A DNA stretch of 64,000 nucleotides, from the NCBI GenBank assembly GCA_003019595.1, contig NEXD01000002.1, forward strand, positions 13,137-77,136, in the 5' to 3' direction. The position numbers were made by a program, and so were the translations under genes. The notes beneath the pieces are model-generated. The model was not told where the DNA came from and searched no databases. It saw only the letters and a program-made list of their open reading frames with translations. This document shows, piece after piece, positions 46,833 through 55,867 of this stretch. This DNA comes from Candidatus Marsarchaeota G1 archaeon BE_D. GTDB lineage: Archaea > Thermoproteota > Thermoprotei_A > Marsarchaeales > Marsarchaeaceae. Numbering within the stretch: position 1 is the first letter of the stretch; every line of letters starts with the position of its first letter.

Positions 46833-48242
46833 ATGATGAACCTAACAATAGGATGGGATGCTAGTAGAGTGGTTTTCTCTCAGAGTATAGACAAAATGGA
46901 TTTTTCGCTTTATACAAAAGCAAAAAAAGAGACGGTTTTTATTTTAGACCGACTAGTTTTGGTAATCGATGAAAAAAAGCTTTTTAAATTCGTGTTCCCG
47001 CGTACGAACAAAATCGCAAGTTATAATTTAGGACCATTCACAATAGAAATAAATGGTGGAGATTGGCCTAGCTACAATTGGAAAGCCCAAAATTTAGAAT
47101 ATATTAATACGGTTATAGAGGAAATTGTAAAAGAAAAAATTTATGTAGAAAGCTATAGCAACATGTTTGGTGAGATTTTCGAAAGTCTAAGACGATATGC
47201 AGAACACAAAATCTCGTTTTATGCAAAAAATTGGAACAAAGAAATACCCGTTTTTTGCGTTCTTTCTGCACTTGGGCTTACGCCTATAGCGCCATTAATC
47301 ATCGACGACAAAATCGAAGAAATTTATCTTGATAGACCTGGCTCATTGTGTTATATAGATCACGCGGAATTTGGAAGATTATGGTATCCATATATCGTAA
47401 CAAGATTGTGTCTTAAAAGATTAGGTTTTTATGCACAACTTTCTTCGTCAGGAACGCTCAGCCTTAGCACAAACACCATAAAAGCGCATATCGTAACTGA
47501 TTTCTTCCATTTACGAGTAAATGTGGACTCAGAACCATTAGCCTTCGATGGAGGTTCTTGCATTATTAGAAAATTCAACTTTACGCGTATGAATTTATAT
47601 AATTTAATAGAAAGAGGTACTTTAACTAAAGAGTGCGCCGCTTTGCTTATCGGTTTGATTAACGCAGGTTATAATCTTTTTGTGTGCGGCTTGCCAAGAA
47701 GTGGCAAAACGACCTTGTGTAACGCTTTACTACAATTCGTAAACAAGGAGTGGAGAAAAGTTTACATAGAAGATGTTGTGGAAACCTCTACCCCTTTGCC
47801 GCAAGACAAAGTGGTAAGATTCAGTACCGAATCAAGCTATAACACCGATAAGCTTTTTGAAGTAACAAAAACTCTGCACAGATCACCAGACTTGGTTTTT
47901 GTGGGAGAACTGCAAACTAGAGAGCAAACGCTTGCAGCGGCTACTCTGCTCAATATTGGCATACCTTCTATTCAAACTGTTCACTCAAAGACAGTTGAAG
48001 GACTATTAAAAAGATGGAGAGAAATTTACGGATTGAAAGAAGCTGGATCTATTTTTTATGCATGCTTTATGGAACGATTTAACAACCAAAGATTGGTTGA
48101 TAGAGTTGAACAAATCTTAGTGCAAAACGAGCAAGTGCATGTCACAACATTATACAAACAAGGGGAAATTCATTATGATGTAATAAAAGCACTCGGATTA
48201 GAAAAAGTGTTTCAGGATGGACTTAAAGCGCTTATATTATAG
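46833..48242 (+). CDS. Type II/IV secretion-family ATPase (FlaI/PilB/TadA/VirB11 superfamily)
   Basis: 469 aa. Walker A CGLPRSGKTTL, Walker B PDLVFVGELQTRE, His box IQTVHSKT. Confidence 0.8.
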   Translation: MMNLTIGWDASRVVFSQSIDKMDFSLYTKAKKETVFILDRLVLVIDEKKLFKFVFPRTNKIASYNLGPFTIEINGGDWPSYNWKAQNLEYINTVIEEIVKEKIYVESYSNMFGEIFESLRRYAEHKISFYAKNWNKEIPVFCVLSALGLTPIAPLIIDDKIEEIYLDRPGSLCYIDHAEFGRLWYPYIVTRLCLKRLGFYAQLSSSGTLSLSTNTIKAHIVTDFFHLRVNVDSEPLAFDGGSCIIRKFNFTRMNLYNLIERGTLTKECAALLIGLINAGYNLFVCGLPRSGKTTLCNALLQFVNKEWRKVYIEDVVETSTPLPQDKVVRFSTESSYNTDKLFEVTKTLHRSPDLVFVGELQTREQTLAAATLLNIGIPSIQTVHSKTVEGLLKRWREIYGLKEAGSIFYACFMERFNNQRLVDRVEQILVQNEQVHVTTLYKQGEIHYDVIKALGLEKVFQDGLKALIL

Positions 48243-49413
48243 AAAGGCGCTGTTATTCATTATTTTCATTTGCCTAGCCTTGTTAGCTATGCGTTTTAGC
48301 GTGCTTTTGCCAGCGTTAATAATGCCGCTATCAAATTTGTTCGATGACAAAAAGGAGACTTCTTTTTTTATAAAGGTAATGAATCAAAATTTAAAACATG
48401 TGATGACGAAGATAGGCATTAATCCGCAAAAAGTGGATATTGTGATCAAAGGGGAGTTTAGAGTGTTAAGAAACAGTCACACAAGAGTCTTAATTAATGA
48501 ATATATTTTGAGCAAACTTACCAGTTATAAATTGCAAGAGCTTTTACTCGAAAACGGAATTATACTCTTAATTGGCATGTCGACAGTGGGTTTGCTCACT
48601 TCGTATATTATTGGTTTGTTATATGGAAAAGCATTACTTAAGAGTCTGTTCGTTGCGCTTTTGCTAAGCGTATACGTAGTAAGAAAATACTCTATCACAC
48701 ACTTGGGCAATGCGTTGAACAAAAAGTGGGTTGAGGCTTGTTGTTACGTTTTTCTTGTAATGCTACTGTTAAATAAACTTCGTTTTATAAGATTAATACT
48801 ATTTGTTTCGGGGATGTTGTTTATATCTTTTTGTTATAAGAAACATAGATTGAGAAAGAGAAATGAAAAAGAAGAAAAAGAACTCTTTAATGGTTTAATT
48901 AATTCGTTGGGCACAAACCCATTTGCCTTTTCAAAAAGGATTTTACGTGCAATTAGTCAAAAAGGATTGGTCACAGCATCGCTTTTCGTTGAAAATCCTT
49001 CATCTTATGAGATTTTAAAAAATATGTCGATGCGCTTTTCTAACCCAGATTTTGGGGAAACGCTAAAGGCAATTTCAATTTCCGTTTCTCTTATAGGGTA
49101 TAATCCCAAATGGGCATCTTACGTTATCAAAATACGTAAATCACTCGAAAATGCAAAAACAAAGGTAAAGCATCAGTTAGCAAAAGTGCAACTAATGAGC
49201 TCTTTAATGTTTTTGATAACTGGCGTTAGCCTTTCTATTCTTTCTACAAATCCTATTTTCTCACTAAATTCGCTGGTTTCGTCTATCGTGCCCATTCTTT
49301 ATTTTGATTCTTGTTTTTTGGCGTTTTCTTTCATTTATTCTTCTGAGTTGACTTTTAGCACGCTCTTTTTTTGCACCATATTTTCAGAAATCGTCTTACT
49401 CTTTCTCAAGTAA
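48217..49413 (+). CDS. Polytopic membrane platform protein (FlaJ/TadC/PilC-like)
   Basis: 398 aa, about 8 hydrophobic segments separated by two soluble segments. 26-nt overlap with the ATPase gene, the typical ATPase-platform pair. Confidence 0.5.
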   Translation: MDLKRLYYRKALLFIIFICLALLAMRFSVLLPALIMPLSNLFDDKKETSFFIKVMNQNLKHVMTKIGINPQKVDIVIKGEFRVLRNSHTRVLINEYILSKLTSYKLQELLLENGIILLIGMSTVGLLTSYIIGLLYGKALLKSLFVALLLSVYVVRKYSITHLGNALNKKWVEACCYVFLVMLLLNKLRFIRLILFVSGMLFISFCYKKHRLRKRNEKEEKELFNGLINSLGTNPFAFSKRILRAISQKGLVTASLFVENPSSYEILKNMSMRFSNPDFGETLKAISISVSLIGYNPKWASYVIKIRKSLENAKTKVKHQLAKVQLMSSLMFLITGVSLSILSTNPIFSLNSLVSSIVPILYFDSCFLAFSFIYSSELTFSTLFFCTIFSEIVLLFLK

Positions 49414-49449
49414 ATTTTTCTCTTTAATGGAAAATATTATTGATGTGAA

Positions 49450-49686
49450 ATGTTGTTGGAACTACTAAGAAATAAAAGGGGTTCTCCGCTATTAGAAGAG
49501 GGGCTACTTGTCGGGCTTGCGTTGGTGCTTTTTGGTGTGCTTATATCAGCGATAATGGGAATTTTTGGATGGTTCCAAGCGGCTTCTCAACCATTGGGTA
49601 ATTTAGGTGGAGGATTGGGTACACTTTTTCAAGAAATTTTACAAGGATACTTAAAGATATTTAAATTTTTAACAGGGCAAGGGTAA
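49450..49686 (+). CDS. Flp/Epd-type prepilin (78 aa)
   Basis: MLLELLRNKRG|SPLLEEGLLVGLALVLFGVLISAI. Basic leader ending in G, Glu at +5, Gly at +7, then a hydrophobic helix. This is the pattern of Flp (G|xxxxEYG) and Methanococcus Epd pilins. Confidence 0.55.
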   Translation: MLLELLRNKRGSPLLEEGLLVGLALVLFGVLISAIMGIFGWFQAASQPLGNLGGGLGTLFQEILQGYLKIFKFLTGQG

Positions 49687-49695
49687 ATCGCAAAA

Positions 49696-51147
49696 ATGTA
49701 CAATCCCTTTACAACTAAGGTCATCAAAGACGGCATACGCTGGCTTGCCTTCAAAACTTTTACCATAAAAAAACTACAAAAAGAGATAAATATCGAGCTT
49801 GTCTCAAGACTCAATTACGAACTAATTAATAGTTCCGTAAATTTTGTAATCGTGGGATTTGCAAAGGCAGGTTTGCCTCTTTTTGGAAGAACTGTGGCTT
49901 CCTATCTTATACTTTACGAATGGGGTTTTAAAAAGAAAGACGCGCTCAACAGGTTAAAAAAAAGTTGTGAAAGAGTCAAATCTCTTGCAAGAATGGTTGG
50001 ATTTGACATAGATGAATCCACAAAACACGATCTAAACACATTTGATTTGATTTCAATGTTTTTGACAAAGCTAGATGATTTTCCAAGGCTTGATTTAAAT
50101 CCATCACAAAGTGGACAAATCAAGATTGGTAAAACGCTTACAGGCGAAGAAGTTAGTCTAGCTTTAGAAGACTTCTTTAAGCATTTTGCCGTTTTAGGAG
50201 AAACTGGCTCAGGAAAATCAACTTTCGTTTCCAAAATCGTTAAAAATTGGAGCGAGTTAGATCAGCACTATTTAATTTTTGACTGGCACGGCGAATACAT
50301 GAAGTTACTGAACGACAATTCGGCTTTGCTTGTTACACCAGAGCAAGATTTTGGATTCGATATCTTTGAATATCCAACTACTGCTGATCCGTTTGAACAC
50401 ATCGATTTACTTATGGAGGTCTTTTCTGAAAGTTTCGATTTGAGCGTCTCTCAACAATACGTTTTACGAATAGCATTAAAAAAGGCTTATACAGAAAAAG
50501 GACATGGCATGTCAAATCATACAAAACCTGTGACTGTTGATGATGTAATTAAGGCAATAAACGAAATCAGAACTTATTCTGGATGGGAACAAGAATCTAA
50601 ACTTGCTGTATTAAGAAGAGTTTCAAAAATAGCGGATACTGGTCTAAAGAATCTTTTAAATGCCTCACAAAAGGTTGGTTTTGACAATCTTACTAAAGAA
50701 AATATAATAATAGATTTAGGAAAACTTTCTGATGATTACGCCAAAATTTTTGTTATTGAAGCAATTGTCAGAATTCTTTATAATTACAGATTGGCAAGAA
50801 AAATAACGGAACCTCATCTTTTAGTTATTGAGGAAGCAAGAAACGTCGTTCCATTTAGAAGACAAGAGGAACCTCCAAGGATGATGGAGCGATTAGTAGA
50901 AGAACTTAGAAAGTTTAACGAGTCAGTGATGGTAGTCAACCAGCTTCCGTCGACTATCTCGCAAGAACTACTTTCTGCTGTAGGTAATATAGCAGTTTTC
51001 AGGTTAAAAGCCGATATTGAGCAGGATATTTTAGTCAAGCGGTGCGGCTTTGAAAAAGAGATTTTAAAGACTCTTTCGAATTTATCTATCGGACAAGCCA
51101 TTTTCCGAGGACATAATGGATTATGTAAAATTATAGAATACAGATGA
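49696..51147 (+). CDS. HerA/FtsK/VirB4-clade P-loop ATPase (DUF87-like)
   Basis: 483 aa. Walker A VLGETGSGKSTF, Walker B HLLVIEEARN. A possible N-terminal hydrophobic segment VNFVIVGFAKAGLPLF. Confidence 0.65.
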   Translation: MYNPFTTKVIKDGIRWLAFKTFTIKKLQKEINIELVSRLNYELINSSVNFVIVGFAKAGLPLFGRTVASYLILYEWGFKKKDALNRLKKSCERVKSLARMVGFDIDESTKHDLNTFDLISMFLTKLDDFPRLDLNPSQSGQIKIGKTLTGEEVSLALEDFFKHFAVLGETGSGKSTFVSKIVKNWSELDQHYLIFDWHGEYMKLLNDNSALLVTPEQDFGFDIFEYPTTADPFEHIDLLMEVFSESFDLSVSQQYVLRIALKKAYTEKGHGMSNHTKPVTVDDVIKAINEIRTYSGWEQESKLAVLRRVSKIADTGLKNLLNASQKVGFDNLTKENIIIDLGKLSDDYAKIFVIEAIVRILYNYRLARKITEPHLLVIEEARNVVPFRRQEEPPRMMERLVEELRKFNESVMVVNQLPSTISQELLSAVGNIAVFRLKADIEQDILVKRCGFEKEILKTLSNLSIGQAIFRGHNGLCKIIEYR

Positions 51148-51180
51148 AAGCTTAATTACCACGAAAACAAAAAATAATTT

Positions 51181-51642
51181 ATGAGTACCGAAATAGCCGA
51201 AGGAATGGAAGCTCCAGATTTTGAATTAAAAGACCAGAAAGGAAATGTTATTTCACTAAAAAATTTTCGTGGCAAAAAAGTTGTGTTATACTTTTATCCA
51301 AAAGATGACACACCAGGATGTACGAAAGAAGCATGCTCTTTTCGTGATAACATGGACAAAATTATTGAAAAAGGGGCTATAGTGATAGGTATCAGCAATG
51401 ACGATCTAAAAAGCCATGAAAAATTTTCTAAAAAATACAATTTGAATTTTTCTTTATTGAGCGATGTCGACAGAAGGGTTTCGATAAAGTATGGGGTGTA
51501 CAAAAAGAAGAACCTTTATGGAAAGATTGTTTGGGGAATTGAACGGTCAACTTTCATCATTGATGAACAAGGTAAGATAAAAAAGATTTTTAGAAAAGTA
51601 AATGTTGAAGGTCATGTTGATGAAGTATTAAAACATTTATAA
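51181..51642 (+). CDS. bcp: Peroxiredoxin (Bcp type)
   Basis: 153 aa. YFYPKDDTPGCTKEAC. Confidence 0.9.
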   Translation: MSTEIAEGMEAPDFELKDQKGNVISLKNFRGKKVVLYFYPKDDTPGCTKEACSFRDNMDKIIEKGAIVIGISNDDLKSHEKFSKKYNLNFSLLSDVDRRVSIKYGVYKKKNLYGKIVWGIERSTFIIDEQGKIKKIFRKVNVEGHVDEVLKHL

Positions 51643-51654
51643 TTTTATACAAGG

Positions 51655-51729
51655 TGGGTCAGGCCGGATTTGAACCGGCGATCTCCACCGTGTAAGGGTG
51701 GCGTCCTAACCAGACTAGACGACTGACCC
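51655..51729 (-). tRNA. tRNA-Val (UAC)
   Basis: Acceptor GGGUCAG/CUGACCC, D arm GUCU..GGAC, anticodon arm CCACC-CUUACAC-GGUGG, T arm GCCGG-UUCAAAU-CCGGC. Confidence 0.9.
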
Positions 51730-51748
51730 ATTTAGAATCTTTGTTGGC

Positions 51749-52042
51749 CTACTTATATCTTTTAATCAAACTTTCATAACCACATACAAAGCATTTCCAA
51801 ACAACAAAACCGGATGTCAGCCTGACGCGCACATTTTTACCTGGAATTCTGATGTTTTTACACTTTTCACAAAGAAGAAGCCTTAAAAGCTTTGGGACTT
51901 TAAGATCATGCTTTAAACAGATTTTCCATGCTAACTCTATTGAATTTTGAGACAAAGTGATGCATTGGTCGTATTGCTGAATTGCGATTTTAATAAGTCT
52001 TTGAACTTCATCCTCGTAACATTTTTTGCTCAATCTGTTCAT
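51749..52042 (-). CDS. rnp4: RNase P protein component 4 (Rpp21/Rpr2 family)
   Basis: 97 aa. Helical N-terminus plus zinc ribbon CEKCKN..RVRL..WKCFVCGY. Confidence 0.65.
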   Translation of the reverse strand: MNRLSKKCYEDEVQRLIKIAIQQYDQCITLSQNSIELAWKICLKHDLKVPKLLRLLLCEKCKNIRIPGKNVRVRLTSGFVVWKCFVCGYESLIKRYK

Positions 52043-53304
52043 AAAAATCTTCCTATTAAGTGCTCTGGTGTGTAATCGTCTATACGCACAATAACTTCTT
52101 TTCCAAGAAGTGCTGGTCGATCAGGCAAATATACTTTTAGATAATTGTCCAGTCTACCTTCGAGTCTTACGTTAGGTATACGATTTGTAATTAAAACAGA
52201 CAACTCTTTACCGGCGTAAAAGGAATGTTTTTCTAGTTGAACTTTTTTAATCACTTGTGAAGCAATTTCACTTCTTTTCTTTTTTAGATTTTCATCTAAC
52301 TGTTTTAATAAAGCGGCTTTTGTGTGAGGACGTGGTGTGAATCTAAACATGTGAATTTTATCAAACACTCCGCTTTCGATAAGTTTTAAAGATTTTTCAA
52401 AAGCTTCTTGAGTTTCTGTAGGATACCCAACCATAATATCAGTGGCTACCATAAGATTTGGAATTTCTTGTTTTAACTCAATGATTTTTTGTACGACGAC
52501 TAGTGGATCATAATTTCTATTCATATCTTTTACGACATTTATGTCACCTGACTGAATTGGAATATGGAGAAACTTGAACACTTTTTTGAACATAAGTGCT
52601 CTTTTTAAATCGAAAAATAATTTTAATGCTCCTTGAGGATTCATCATCCCTACTCTGATCTTGTAATTGCCTTCTACCTCATTAACAATCTTTTCTATTA
52701 ACTGAGGAAGTCTTGTGGCTGGAGGGTCGAAATAATCGGCACTATCCATAGAAGTAAGATCTATTTCCACAGACCCTGAAAGAACAGCAGATCTAACAGC
52801 ATTAACTATCTCGCTCGATGGTCTACACCATAATTTTGGTCGTGCCAATTTGGTCAGGCAAAAATAGCAGTTACTTGTACACCCTTGTGAAATCTTTAGT
52901 GGATAAATAAGAGAAGTAGGTTGCGCAGGCTTTAAAGTGGTTTTACCATACAAAACAGAACCTTGTTTTGCCCGTAAGGCATCTACGATTTCGGCGTTAT
53001 CGCCCCCAATTAAAATAACGGCATTAGGTAAATCGTTAATTAGTCTACCTGGTCTTGAATTGGCCAAGCAACTAGTAATAACAACCTTTTTCCCTTGGTT
53101 CAAAATCTTTTTTGTCTCGGAAATTATACTATCTTCTGTTTCATTTCTTACAGCACAAGAAAAGACAACCACCGTATCTGCATCGTCGATTTGTTCGACA
53201 ACTTTAAAACCATTTGATTTTAAAAAAGATTCTACGCTGAGCGCATCTGCTTGATTTAAAGTGCAACCATATACCTTAAAGGCTATACGGGTGTCTTTAA
53301 ACAA
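52039..53304 (-). CDS. Radical SAM methylthiotransferase (MiaB/RimO family, archaeal MtaB/CDKAL1-like)
   Basis: 421 aa. UPF0004 N-domain (VYGCTLNQAD), radical SAM CTSNCYFC, C-terminal TRAM-like domain. Confidence 0.8.
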   Translation of the reverse strand: MFKDTRIAFKVYGCTLNQADALSVESFLKSNGFKVVEQIDDADTVVVFSCAVRNETEDSIISETKKILNQGKKVVITSCLANSRPGRLINDLPNAVILIGGDNAEIVDALRAKQGSVLYGKTTLKPAQPTSLIYPLKISQGCTSNCYFCLTKLARPKLWCRPSSEIVNAVRSAVLSGSVEIDLTSMDSADYFDPPATRLPQLIEKIVNEVEGNYKIRVGMMNPQGALKLFFDLKRALMFKKVFKFLHIPIQSGDINVVKDMNRNYDPLVVVQKIIELKQEIPNLMVATDIMVGYPTETQEAFEKSLKLIESGVFDKIHMFRFTPRPHTKAALLKQLDENLKKKRSEIASQVIKKVQLEKHSFYAGKELSVLITNRIPNVRLEGRLDNYLKVYLPDRPALLGKEVIVRIDDYTPEHLIGRFL

Positions 53305-53315
53305 GGCGCATCACA

Positions 53316-55298
53316 TCAGTGGACTGGTGAGCCGTCTGCTATATCACGCATAACAGTCAGTAGTGATACAGAACCGTTATCCTCTGCGGCTAATAACATC
53401 GCTTCAGATTTTACACCCATAAACTCTGCAGGTTGAAGATTGTTCAAAACAACGATCTTTTTTCCAATAAGGCTTTGTGGTTCGTATTGGTCCGCTATTC
53501 CTGAGACGATCGTTTTAATTTCGTTACCTATTTTCACTGTTAATTTTAAAAGCTTCTTGCTATTTGGTATCTTAGAAGCTTCAAGAACTTGGGCTACTCG
53601 AATGTCCAGTTTTTGAAAATCTTGTAGCGTAACTTGCGTCTTTTGGGTTTCTACTGGAAGTAACGTTTTGATAGTTTTGTCATCAATCTTTTGAAAGACA
53701 GGCTTAGGCTCTAGTATTTTAGTTCCTTCTAGAGTAGTCTTTAATTCTTCAAATGGCCTTTGTGGAAGAGAAGTTTGACCTGTCAATAATTGCCACACCG
53801 ACCGCGAAAATCCTGGAAGATATGGAGTTGAAAGTAGCGCCAAAGCTTTTACTAGCTGTGCACAAACGAATAGCACAGTTTTTGCTCTCTCTAAATCTTT
53901 TTGGACAAGCTCCCAAGGTGCGTTTTTTGTTAGATATTTATTGCCATTACGTGCTAACGATATTAACGCGTCAAGACCAGCCCTGTATTCAAACGAATCT
54001 ATAGATGATATTACCTTCTCTTTAACTTGTTCAATTTGATTAATAAGGGCTTTGTCATCATCACTAAGATTTGATGGTGTTGGTATTTCTCCATTAAACT
54101 TTGTATAAATGAAGTGCAGTGTCCTATGTACAAAATTGCCCAAAGAATCAACAAGGTCGCCATTCACTCTTTTTTGGAAATCTTCTAATTTAAAGTCCAA
54201 ATCTTCTTCTAAAGGAGCTGCAATAATTAAGTAATATCTAAGATAATCATTATTCAACACTTTAACAAAATCTTGTGCCTTTATCATCCATCCACTACTC
54301 TTTGCCATCTTTTTTCCTGAAAGATTGAGTAAGCCAGCTGCCACAATGTTGGTTGGTAGATTTAAACCCACTCCTAACAACATAGAAGGCCAAAACAAAC
54401 CATGGTGGTAAATGATGTTTCTTCCTATAAAATGAACTATCTTGGAATCTTTGTTTTGCCAAAAATCCTTCCAACTGCAACCGTTTTTATCACAATATTC
54501 CTTAAGAAAGCTTACATAACCTATAGGCGCGTCAAACCATACATAGAAAACCTTGCCTTTTGCTTCTTGTAAAGGCACAGGTACCCCCCATTCTAAGTCT
54601 CGTGTTATTCCAAAACTTTCCAATGGTTTTGAAAGAAACTGTGTCAAAAGATATTTTTTTCCGTATAACGGGAAAAGGTTTTCAGAATTTTCTATCCAAG
54701 CTTGTAATTCTTTATGAAATTTTTCTAAATCAAAATACCAGTTTTCAGTCTCCCTTATAGTAGTAGGCTTTCCGCAAATTGCACACACTGGATTCAAAAG
54801 ATCACCTTGGGCAAGAACACGACCACAATTGTCACATTCGTCTCCTTTGGCATCTGGATATCCACAGTATTTACATGTTCCTCTAACATATCTATCTGGC
54901 AAAAATCTTTTATCATATTCACAATATGGTTGTTGGGTCTTCTTAGTTGTGATAAAACCTTTCTTTAAAAGTTCTAAAAAGAACCACTGAACTAATTCTT
55001 CGTGTTCTTTGCTAGTTGTACGCCCAAAATAATCAAAAGATATTTCTGTGTCTTTGAAAACCTTTTTGTCTAATTCATAGTATTTTGTCGTAATTTCAAT
55101 TGGTGAAACGCCTTCCTTTATTGCTCTTAACGAAATAGGCGTTCCGTGCTCGTCAGTACCGCATATGAATACCACATCGTCACCCAATGCTCTGTGAAGC
55201 CTAGCATAAACATCTGCTATTATATATGTGCTTCTAAAGTGGCCTATGTGTAGCTCATTGTTAGCATAAGGTAAAGCAGCTGTTACCAAGATTTTCAT
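53316..55298 (-). CDS. metG: Methionyl-tRNA synthetase with C-terminal tRNA-binding (Trbp111/EMAPII-like) domain
   Basis: 660 aa. ALPYANNELHIGH, zinc knuckles CKYCGY..CDNCG..CAICG, KMAKS, C-terminal LDIRVAQV..KLL. Confidence 0.9.
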   Translation of the reverse strand: MKILVTAALPYANNELHIGHFRSTYIIADVYARLHRALGDDVVFICGTDEHGTPISLRAIKEGVSPIEITTKYYELDKKVFKDTEISFDYFGRTTSKEHEELVQWFFLELLKKGFITTKKTQQPYCEYDKRFLPDRYVRGTCKYCGYPDAKGDECDNCGRVLAQGDLLNPVCAICGKPTTIRETENWYFDLEKFHKELQAWIENSENLFPLYGKKYLLTQFLSKPLESFGITRDLEWGVPVPLQEAKGKVFYVWFDAPIGYVSFLKEYCDKNGCSWKDFWQNKDSKIVHFIGRNIIYHHGLFWPSMLLGVGLNLPTNIVAAGLLNLSGKKMAKSSGWMIKAQDFVKVLNNDYLRYYLIIAAPLEEDLDFKLEDFQKRVNGDLVDSLGNFVHRTLHFIYTKFNGEIPTPSNLSDDDKALINQIEQVKEKVISSIDSFEYRAGLDALISLARNGNKYLTKNAPWELVQKDLERAKTVLFVCAQLVKALALLSTPYLPGFSRSVWQLLTGQTSLPQRPFEELKTTLEGTKILEPKPVFQKIDDKTIKTLLPVETQKTQVTLQDFQKLDIRVAQVLEASKIPNSKKLLKLTVKIGNEIKTIVSGIADQYEPQSLIGKKIVVLNNLQPAEFMGVKSEAMLLAAEDNGSVSLLTVMRDIADGSPVH

Positions 55299-55480
55299 AT
55301 TAATTCCCTAACTACAGATAAGTGAACAACAAAGTTATAAGCGTACACGCTTTTCTACACAATTTGCGGAAAGCCTACTATATAATAGTTTCGATTTCTT
55401 TGTTTCGAATTATACTAAAAAGCATTGGAAAAATGTAACGCAATATATGAGGAGAATATTTTCAACGTTGGTGATATCTT

Positions 55481-55867
55481 TTGTGTTTTAATATTTTGCA
55501 TTGTATGTCTTGGAATATCTTTGAAAAATTAAAAACGGTCTTTATGAAAGTGACGCAAATACTAGTTAAACTATTTAAGAAAACCAACAAAAGCACCTCG
55601 TTAACACCAGTAAGCAATGTTATTGCAACCCCAACGGCCCATTATGAAGGCGTACAAACGGCAACTATTATTGCGATACCAACAAATATTGCAAAAGCCG
55701 TTGTAAACTGCTGTTTAAAAAATAGAATAGATTTGGCCGAAGCCATTTTTCGTGGCTTCGGTTATGGAAATACCAAGATAGTTGTCACCGAAAAAGAAAT
55801 TATAGCTGAGACTTCAAGTGGGATCGTTTTGCTTGATCCTTCTAAATATCGCTTGTCAGAGCTCTAA
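55481..55867 (+). CDS. Hypothetical protein
   Basis: 128-aa track ORF (TTG start; possible internal ATG starts). No family recognised. Confidence 0.3.
   Translation: MCFNILHCMSWNIFEKLKTVFMKVTQILVKLFKKTNKSTSLTPVSNVIATPTAHYEGVQTATIIAIPTNIAKAVVNCCLKNRIDLAEAIFRGFGYGNTKIVVTEKEIIAETSSGIVLLDPSKYRLSEL

Noticed and set aside
45291-51147. The pilus/HerA locus as an integrated mobile element, given tRNA genes at 43967 and 51655.
   Set aside because: I saw no integrase, no direct repeats matching tRNA 3' ends, and no plasmid or viral hallmark genes. The core genes hmgA and bcp lie between the locus and the tRNAs.
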